DNA from: an uncultured Planctomycetia bacterium
Lineage (GTDB): Bacteria; Planctomycetota; UBA8108
Assembly (NCBI GenBank): GCA_964615885.1
Contig: CAZTRG010000281.1
Location: 144-64,143 of the forward strand
Reading direction: 5' to 3'
DNA length: 64,000 nt
Positions within the stretch are counted from its first letter, which is position 1, and the number at the start of each line of letters is the position of its first letter. Positions 37,907 through 44,968 of the stretch are shown in pieces. The translations under genes were made by a program, and so were the position numbers. The notes under the pieces are model-generated. The model worked only from the letters and a program-made list of their open reading frames with translations. It was not told the origin of the DNA and made no database searches.

Positions 37907-38843
37907 GGGAGCCCGGGTCCTCCGGCAGGCCCCAGCTCTTCAGGAAGTCACCGTAATGTTCCCGCCGGGAGCTTGTAGCCCCCTCGAGACAGCAGGCCGC
38001 TGCGGCAAACCGGACCGCTCGCTCGAGGATTACCTCCCCGGGCCACGCGCTTGAGAGTCCCAGCATCGCAACTGCCGTGAAGGCATCGCCGGCGCCGACC
38101 GTGTCGACCAGCTTGCCTGCTGCAACAGCCGGCAATTCGAGAACCTCTTCAGCCGGGCCCAGGATCGCCGCCCCCTCGCTGCCGCGAGTCAGGAAAAGAA
38201 CCTCGAGCCCCAGCTCCTGCCTGAAAGCAGCCGCCTCTTCAGCAAGTCCTCCGAAAGAGCCGGGCGGCTGTGAAGAGAGCTCCCGGAGCTCCTCGTCGTT
38301 CAGCTTCGCCCAGCGGGCGCGAGAGAGGCCGGCCCGAACCTCTCCCTTCTGCCACCAGGGCTGCCGCAGGTTCACGTCGACAAAAATCTCTCCCGGCAGG
38401 CGTGCAGCCAGGGCATCGAGCGCCCCGCGCGAGACCTCAGAGCGCAGCGCAAGGCTCCCGTGGTAGAGCATTCCCGCCGAGTGGCCGCCCAGGGCCGTGA
38501 GAGCCTCTGCCGCATCGATTGCATCGTAGGCCTGGCAATCGTTGATCGTGTATTCAGGTTGTCCTTCACGGACCCTGACGCTCACCGTCCCGGTGGGGAG
38601 CCTGGGGTCAACCTGGACACCCGCTGTGTCCATCCCGCAGGAGCTCATGGTCTCCAGCACCAGCTCGCCAAGAGGGTCACTGCCGATACGGCTGATAAAC
38701 AGAGGGGCCAGGCCGAGGCGCTCGAGATTCCAGGCCAGGTTGAAGGCAGCCCCTCCGATGACGCTGGGCCCATCTTCGAAGTCGTCGAAGAGCACCTCGC
38801 CGAATACCACCGGGCGGGCCTTGTTTTCTTTCAGGTCGTTCAT
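37896..38843 (-). CDS. PfkB-family carbohydrate kinase (fructokinase-like)
   Basis: GGAAFN near the N-terminus and DTVGAGDAF near the C-terminus. The 3' end overlaps the convergent gene by 11 nt. Confidence 0.85.
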   Translation of the reverse strand: MNDLKENKARPVVFGEVLFDDFEDGPSVIGGAAFNLAWNLERLGLAPLFISRIGSDPLGELVLETMSSCGMDTAGVQVDPRLPTGTVSVRVREGQPEYTINDCQAYDAIDAAEALTALGGHSAGMLYHGSLALRSEVSRGALDALAARLPGEIFVDVNLRQPWWQKGEVRAGLSRARWAKLNDEELRELSSQPPGSFGGLAEEAAAFRQELGLEVLFLTRGSEGAAILGPAEEVLELPAVAAGKLVDTVGAGDAFTAVAMLGLSSAWPGEVILERAVRFAAAACCLEGATSSRREHYGDFLKSWGLPEDPGSLRG

Positions 38844-39008
38844 ACTTCATCCAGCCTGGGAAACCAGGAAACAGGCTATAGCTTTTCGCCTCCCGCTGGA
38901 ACCCTCCCCACCGGGGGGAGGCCGCCAAAGAAACGGGTCAACACTTGGATCCTGAACGCAGACTGTTACATTAAGACCTCTTCAAGTACAACCCCGGAGG
39001 TCGAGACC

Positions 39009-39899
39009 TTGAGACAGCGCTGCTGCGATTTCGCCCGCGAGCTTCAGGAAACCATCTGCAAGGCCCTTGAAGCCGTTGATGGCGGAAGCTTCCTGCAGGA
39101 CACCTGGGAACGTCCCGGCGGGGGCGGCGGGACCAGCTGCGTCCTCACCGATGGGCCGGTTCTTGAAAAGGCCGGGGTTAATTTTTCCGAGGTTCACGGC
39201 CTGCTGGAGGAGAACTATGCCGGCGATCTTCCCGGCGAAGGGGACGACTTTTTCGCTACCGGGATCTCGCTGGTTCTGCATCCGCGCAACCCGCGGGCCC
39301 CCACCGTGCATGCCAATTTTCGCTACATCGAAAAGGGCGACCGGAAGTGGTTCGGCGGCGGCGCCGACATGACCCCCTATTACCTCTACGATGAAGATGC
39401 CATCCACTTTCACCAGGCCTGGAAAGATGCCTGTGAGCTCCATGGCACTGAGCTTTACCCGCGCTACAAGAAAGAATGCGACGAGTACTTTTACCTCCCC
39501 CATCGCGGTGAAGGCCGTGGAATCGGCGGTATCTTCTTTGACTACGTCGATGCCGACGAAGGCAGCCTCGCGATGTGGCAGGACCTCGGCAGGGCCTTTG
39601 TCGATGCCTACCTGCCGATCCTCCAGCGGCGAAAGGATGAGCCCTGCGGCGAACGGGAGCGCCTGCACCAGCTGCAGCGGCGGGGACGCTATGTCGAGTT
39701 CAACCTGCTCTACGACAGGGGAACGGTATTCGGCCTGAAAACCAATGGCCGGATTGAATCCATCCTGATGTCGCTGCCTCCGCTGGTTCGCTGGGATTAT
39801 GATGCCCGGCCCGAGCCGGGCTCTGAAGAGGCCCGCCTGCTGGAGGTTCTGCAGAGCCCGCGTGACTGGCTGGACGGCAAAAACGAAGCGGATTCCTGA
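39009..39899 (+). CDS. hemF: oxygen-dependent coproporphyrinogen III oxidase
   Basis: LQETICKALEAVDG...TWERPGGGGGTSCVL...AGVNFSEVHG...HPRNPRAPTVHANFRY...WFGGGADMTPYY...YFYLPHRGEGRGIGGIFFDY is colinear with E. coli HemF. No ATG or GTG is available after the divergent gene. A TTG at 39009 is preceded by GGAGG (38996-39000) at 8 nt. Confidence 0.85.
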   Translation: MRQRCCDFARELQETICKALEAVDGGSFLQDTWERPGGGGGTSCVLTDGPVLEKAGVNFSEVHGLLEENYAGDLPGEGDDFFATGISLVLHPRNPRAPTVHANFRYIEKGDRKWFGGGADMTPYYLYDEDAIHFHQAWKDACELHGTELYPRYKKECDEYFYLPHRGEGRGIGGIFFDYVDADEGSLAMWQDLGRAFVDAYLPILQRRKDEPCGERERLHQLQRRGRYVEFNLLYDRGTVFGLKTNGRIESILMSLPPLVRWDYDARPEPGSEEARLLEVLQSPRDWLDGKNEADS

Positions 39900-39955
39900 A
39901 AACAGCGTGATCCTGCCGCTTGAAGTAAAAGCCCCGATCGGCGAAAACATTCTCC

Positions 39956-40927
39956 ATGCGCTATCTCTCAGGTATCCAGCCCTCGGGCGTTCTCCATATC
40001 GGCAATTACTTCGGCGCCATCCGCCAGCATATTCGCAGCCAGGATGAGCATGACTCCTATTACTTTATCGCCGACTACCACGCCCTGACCACCGTCCGCG
40101 ACGCGGAGGTCCTGCGCGAGCATGTCCTGGGAGTCGCCCTCGACTACCTCGCCCTCGGGCTCGACCCTGGAAAAACCACCTTCTTCAGGCACTCGGAGGT
40201 TCCCGAGGTGCAGGAGCTTGCCTGGATTCTCTCGACCCTCACCCCGATGGGCCTCCTGGAGCGCTGCCACAGCTACAAGGACAAGACCGCCAAGGGAATT
40301 GCCCCGGACCACGGCCTCTTCGCCTACCCGGTGCTGATGGCCGCCGACATCCTGATCTACGACTCCAACAAGGTTCCTGTCGGCAAGGACCAGATTCAGC
40401 ACATCGAGGTCACCCGGGATATCGCCCAGCGGATCAACCACGTCTACGGCAAGGGACAGGAGCTCCTGGTCATCCCCGAGGCCCAGGTGGAGGAATCAAC
40501 CGCGGTGGTGCCCGGTATCGACGGGCAGAAGATGTCCAAGAGCTATGACAACACCCTCGAGATGTTTGCATCGGAAAAGAAGCTGAAGAAAGCTATCGGC
40601 AAAATCGTCACTGATTCACGCACCCCCGATGAGCCGAAAGATCCCGAGGAGATCATCATGTACCAGCTCTACAGGCTTTTTGCCTCCGCCGATGAGCTGG
40701 AGACCATGGCAGAACGCTACCGGGCCGGAGGCTACGGCTACGGAGATGCCAAGAAGGACCTGCTCGAAAAGCTGCTCGACTATTTTGCTCCCTACCGCAA
40801 AAAGCGCGAAGAGCTGGCCAGCGACCCGGCAGGAGTCTACGAGATTCTCGCGGCCGGGGCAGCCCGGGCCAGGGCGACCGCCAGGGCCACCGTCGAGCGG
40901 GTCTACAAGGCTGTCGGCCTGCGCTGA
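39956..40927 (+). CDS. trpS: tryptophan--tRNA ligase
   Basis: SGIQPSGVLHIGNYFGA (HIGH-type) and KMSKS motifs. It is 323 aa. Confidence 0.95.
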   Translation: MRYLSGIQPSGVLHIGNYFGAIRQHIRSQDEHDSYYFIADYHALTTVRDAEVLREHVLGVALDYLALGLDPGKTTFFRHSEVPEVQELAWILSTLTPMGLLERCHSYKDKTAKGIAPDHGLFAYPVLMAADILIYDSNKVPVGKDQIQHIEVTRDIAQRINHVYGKGQELLVIPEAQVEESTAVVPGIDGQKMSKSYDNTLEMFASEKKLKKAIGKIVTDSRTPDEPKDPEEIIMYQLYRLFASADELETMAERYRAGGYGYGDAKKDLLEKLLDYFAPYRKKREELASDPAGVYEILAAGAARARATARATVERVYKAVGLR

Positions 40928-40946
40928 GGTGGCCGCGCCGGACAGG

Positions 40947-41921
40947 CTATGATTTGAAGGGCTTTCTACCCAGCAGCTCGAGGCAAAGCTCCTCAAGTGC
41001 GGTGGAATAGACCTCGCGCAAGAGCCCGGGGTCTCCCTCCTTACTGGTGGTCACCCGGGCAGGAGTTGTCCTCGTCTTGACACTGAAGCTCGATGTGGAC
41101 TGGAAGCTGTTACCCTTGCGCTCCTCCAGGCTGCAATCAAGACGGCAGGAATATTTGCTGCCGGTCCTGGTCCCGTTGAACAGGATGTCTCCGTCAAAGG
41201 ATGCCGAGATGTGAATCACCAGGCGGTGGCCGGGTTTTTTCCTGCTGGCCAGGGAGGGATATCCATCGGGAAACTTCTTTCCCGTCGCCTTGTCCTTCTC
41301 TCCCTCTTTTTTGATGACCGGCACCCGCGAGGGATTCGGGAATTCAAGCCAGTGCTGCTCGGAAGCTTCGTGCTGAAGAAAATAGCCGATCCTTGACCAG
41401 GTGCGAATGTCGCCAGGAGGTATTTTCTCAGGGCCGAGCTTGCCGGTGACAAGCATACTGAAGACCGTGTTTTTCACCGGTCCGGCAGCAGGAGCAGGTG
41501 GCTTCTTGACAGGCTCAGGCTGGGCTGCAACCACCTCCCGCGGCACCGGGGGCTCTGGTTCCGGGACAACAAGGGGCTCAACCGGCTCCGGCTCCGGGAT
41601 CTCTTCCGGGGGAGGATCCGGCTCTCGCTCCGGCTCGGCCTCCTGCGGGGGAAGCTTTTCGGGCGGAAGGGCTGCTGCTCCATCCGGAGGAGCCCGGCGG
41701 CGAAACTTCGGCGCCGAATCCCTTCCATTATCGGCGAGACCCCCCAGCGGCTGTGAATCAGATCCGGTGGAGTTCACCATCACAAAGAGGAACAGGCCGA
41801 AAACGAAAATCACACCGCCGATGATGCAGTAGAGAAGGGTCTTATCGCCCGAGCCCCCGCGGGCAGCGCCATGCCGCCTCGAAACCCGGCGGCGGGAACT
41901 ATAATGTTTTCTAGCTGCCAT
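40947..41921 (-). CDS. membrane-anchored protein: basic N-terminus, 1 TM helix, Pro/Glu-rich stalk, roughly 170-aa C-terminal domain of unknown family
   Basis: TM helix LLYCIIGGVIFVFGLFLFVMV. The stalk reads PPEKLPPQEAEPEREPDPPPEEIPEPEPVEPLVVPEPEPPVP. High GC3 and an ATG start. Confidence 0.6.
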   Translation of the reverse strand: MAARKHYSSRRRVSRRHGAARGGSGDKTLLYCIIGGVIFVFGLFLFVMVNSTGSDSQPLGGLADNGRDSAPKFRRRAPPDGAAALPPEKLPPQEAEPEREPDPPPEEIPEPEPVEPLVVPEPEPPVPREVVAAQPEPVKKPPAPAAGPVKNTVFSMLVTGKLGPEKIPPGDIRTWSRIGYFLQHEASEQHWLEFPNPSRVPVIKKEGEKDKATGKKFPDGYPSLASRKKPGHRLVIHISASFDGDILFNGTRTGSKYSCRLDCSLEERKGNSFQSTSSFSVKTRTTPARVTTSKEGDPGLLREVYSTALEELCLELLGRKPFKS

Positions 41922-42187
41922 ACTCCTGGGCCTGTCTCAAAAGGGGGTGAATTTCAACCGGGCCTTCATTCCATACTGACAGGCACATTATGACGCATAA
42001 GCAGGCCGGGAACCAAATCAGCGGAAAAAATTCTAGCGGAAAATACCGTGAGTAAGCGCAGAAGGCCCCCTGGCCCCCTGGCCGGCCCAGTCTGGTTTTC
42101 GGCTTTGTTTTTACCCTGCCAGCCCGGAAAATAAATGGGTTGGGAAGAATGTTAATACCACCTGCGGCCAGGTCCCGCTGCTGAACA

Positions 42188-44119
42188 ATGCTTGTGAACC
42201 CGATTCATGGGTCTGCACAGGTACCCCTGAAGGGAATGCCCATGTCTGATTGGACACCATTTCTGTTGCCCCGTTTCCAGGTTCCGGGTTTTGCCCGGCG
42301 TGGCTGGGCCTGCCTCATCTTCTGCCTGGCTGCGGCACCCGGCACCTCCCTGGAGGCCCAGGACTTCGACTGCATCCTCCTCAATGATAACAACACCAAT
42401 ATCTTCATGGTGCCCGATGCCTGCTTCACCAAGGAGAACATCGACTGGTGCAACTGCGTCGACTCCGGCCTGACCCATCCTGTCCGGGGTGAAACAAGCG
42501 GCTTCCGCCAGGCGATCCAGTGGATCAGTGGACAACCCGGTATCGGCAACCACATCATCGAGATCGAGGAAGGCACCCTGGACCTCTCCTCTGTGTCGCC
42601 GGGAGATCTGCTCGGCACCGGCGAGGCCCTGGAGCTGATCCCGCTGGGCTTCCCCTTCGTCGGGGGAAATTTCTTCGGGGTTGATTTCGCGGTGACTGCG
42701 ACCGCAGTGGAGAACGGCGCCGTTGATTTCCAGGTCTCCATCACCTCGGTAACTGCAGCCGTGCTGGAGGCCATCGGCTACGACCCGACTGATGCGGAGC
42801 ACTCCAACGGACATATGCTGACCGGCCAGATACGGGATAACGACGGCCAGGGCCTGGTTATCGAATACCGCTACGCAACGGAAAACTACACCGCGACAAC
42901 GGTACCCGGGCTGCTTCCGACCGAGGCCTCCATGCCCATCTTCACGGTGCCCTTCATTCTTGAATTCTTCTCCCGCGAAAGCGGCATCTACACCCTGCCG
43001 GAAACCGGTGACGTCGATGTCACCACCACGATCCGCAGCTTCCTCGAGGACACGGTCGCCGATATTCCGCCCCTGGGGACCACTGACCTCTGTGCCGGCC
43101 TCGATGACTTCACCTTCTGCAAGATCATCTCCGAGATCGTCGAGCTGCGTGATTCTGCCCGGGACAACAATCCTCCCTCGGCGGCCATCACCCCCGTCGA
43201 CCCGGGCATCTTCCTGCTGCTCGACGAGCCCGTCAACCTCGACACCTTCTGCGGCAGGTCCTACATCCTGCTGCGCGGCCGCAACTCCAATGATGGAGAC
43301 GGCGGCGGGCAGGAGCTGCGCTACCGGTGGGACATTGTCGATGGGACCGAGGGTGGTGCCGAGATCTATGCCAACACCCGCAATTTCAAGGACACCCATG
43401 TCATCTTCACCCAGGCTGGAATCTACGAGATCCGCCTCCGGGTTGATGACGGCTCGACGGGTGAACATATCTCGGAGGCCTTTGTCACCATCTCCGTCTC
43501 AACCGACCTTGACTTCAATGCACCGCCCTTTGTCGTCCTGCAGACCCGGCCCGACCCTCCGGATGTACAGCTCAACAGGCGCTCAGCCTCAGTGGTGCTC
43601 GATGCAACAGGGTCCGATGGCGGTGGTGAAGGTTGTGAGCAGGAGGTCACCTTCCTCTGGCGGCAGATCGATGGCCCTGCCCGCTCAACCATCAACAGTC
43701 CCCGCGCAGCCACCACCGAGGTGACCTTCGACACCCCGGGCACCTATCTTTTCGAGCTCGAGGTCGATGACGGGGGCTTCCAGGACAACATCACCGTTGC
43801 GGAGGTAGAGGTCGTCGTCCTGGCGGAGATCGAGGCCGGCACCTTCAGGCGGGGCGATGCCGATGACAGCGGACGGATTAATATTACCGACGCCATCGCT
43901 GTGCTGAACTGGCTGTTCCTCGGCAGCGCCAATCCCGGCTGCACCGATGCGGCTGACGTCGATGACAATGGCCGAAACAACATCACCGATGCCATCCAGC
44001 TGCTGCAGTTCCTTTTCCTCGGAGGCCCTCCTCCACCTGCACCCGGTAAAGACGACTGCGGAATGGACCCGACCGCCGACCCCCTCTCCGACTGCAATTA
44101 CCTCTCCTGTGGTGATTGA
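42188..44119 (+). CDS. secreted protein with two PKD-like domains and a dockerin-like tail
   Basis: Hydrophobic signal-like segment WACLIFCLAAAPGTSLEA. PKD-like blocks (LRYRWDIVDG...GIYEIRLRVDDG and VTFLWRQIDGP...GTYLFELEVDDGG). The start could also be an ATG about 16-18 codons downstream. Confidence 0.75.
   Translation: MLVNPIHGSAQVPLKGMPMSDWTPFLLPRFQVPGFARRGWACLIFCLAAAPGTSLEAQDFDCILLNDNNTNIFMVPDACFTKENIDWCNCVDSGLTHPVRGETSGFRQAIQWISGQPGIGNHIIEIEEGTLDLSSVSPGDLLGTGEALELIPLGFPFVGGNFFGVDFAVTATAVENGAVDFQVSITSVTAAVLEAIGYDPTDAEHSNGHMLTGQIRDNDGQGLVIEYRYATENYTATTVPGLLPTEASMPIFTVPFILEFFSRESGIYTLPETGDVDVTTTIRSFLEDTVADIPPLGTTDLCAGLDDFTFCKIISEIVELRDSARDNNPPSAAITPVDPGIFLLLDEPVNLDTFCGRSYILLRGRNSNDGDGGGQELRYRWDIVDGTEGGAEIYANTRNFKDTHVIFTQAGIYEIRLRVDDGSTGEHISEAFVTISVSTDLDFNAPPFVVLQTRPDPPDVQLNRRSASVVLDATGSDGGGEGCEQEVTFLWRQIDGPARSTINSPRAATTEVTFDTPGTYLFELEVDDGGFQDNITVAEVEVVVLAEIEAGTFRRGDADDSGRINITDAIAVLNWLFLGSANPGCTDAADVDDNGRNNITDAIQLLQFLFLGGPPPPAPGKDDCGMDPTADPLSDCNYLSCGD
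43841..44119 (+). other. dockerin-like double EF-hand C-terminal tail (copy 2 of 3)
   Basis: TFRRGDADDSGRINITDAIAVLNWLFLGSANPGCTDAADVDDNGRNNITDAIQLLQFLFLGGPPPPAPGKDDCGMDPTADPLSDCNYLSCGD. Confidence 0.7.
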
Positions 44120-44205
44120 ATTCCGCAAGCTCCGGGTAATCAGGTTGCCTATCTCCCGTACCGAAGAGTAACCTCTCTGGCAAAAGTGAGCAGACACCCC
44201 GCGCG

Positions 44206-44784
44206 ATGAAAGAATCCATCCTGTTTTTTTACAACTTTGTCCGCCACCCGAAGTCTACCGGGGCGGTATTTCCCAGCTCCCGCAGGCTGGCGGAGAAGAT
44301 GGTCGATGGGGCAGGTCTCGAAAACGCAGCCTCCGTGGTGGAGCTTGGCCCCGGCACGGGAGCCTTCACCGGCGCCATCAGCGAGCGCCTCGGGGACCCG
44401 GGTGTCTATCTTGGACTCGAGCTCCGGGAGAAATTCTCCGAGATCGTCAAAGACAAGTTTCCCCAGCTGCTGGTGGTCAACGATTCAGCCGAGAAGATCG
44501 TTGAGAACCTCCGGAAGATTGACCGTGAAACCGCCGATGCGATCATCTCCGGCCTGCCCTGGGCAGCCTTTGATTCACAGCTGCAGAAGCGCATCATGAG
44601 CTCCGTTACCGCGGCGCTGGCTCCGGGTGGAAAATTCTCCACCTTCACCTACCTTCACGCCTGCCGCCTGCCGGCCGGCAAGCGCTTCCGGGCCTTGCTC
44701 GAGGATAACTTCTCCGACGTCCAGACATCGAAAACGGTCTGGCGCAACCTGCCCCCCGCCTTCGTCTACCACTGCACGAAATAA
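44206..44784 (+). CDS. class I SAM-dependent methyltransferase (COG3963 phospholipid N-methyltransferase-like)
   Basis: FVRHPKSTGAVFPSSRRLAEKM, then SAM motif I VVELGPGTGAFT. Confidence 0.75.
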   Translation: MKESILFFYNFVRHPKSTGAVFPSSRRLAEKMVDGAGLENAASVVELGPGTGAFTGAISERLGDPGVYLGLELREKFSEIVKDKFPQLLVVNDSAEKIVENLRKIDRETADAIISGLPWAAFDSQLQKRIMSSVTAALAPGGKFSTFTYLHACRLPAGKRFRALLEDNFSDVQTSKTVWRNLPPAFVYHCTK

Positions 44785-44968
44785 AACCCGCCACCGCCGG
44801 CCAATAAAATATTCCCACTACTGCTGGATTGTCGGGAATTGTCATCTGTAACATAGGGAACGTGTTTCGCCCCCTGGCATCGATTTTAATTCGGTCAAGG
44901 GCGGCTTTGGGTCGGCAAAAAATAAGATCAGCTATCTCAAACCTCTACGAGGGTTCCGGGAGGACTCC

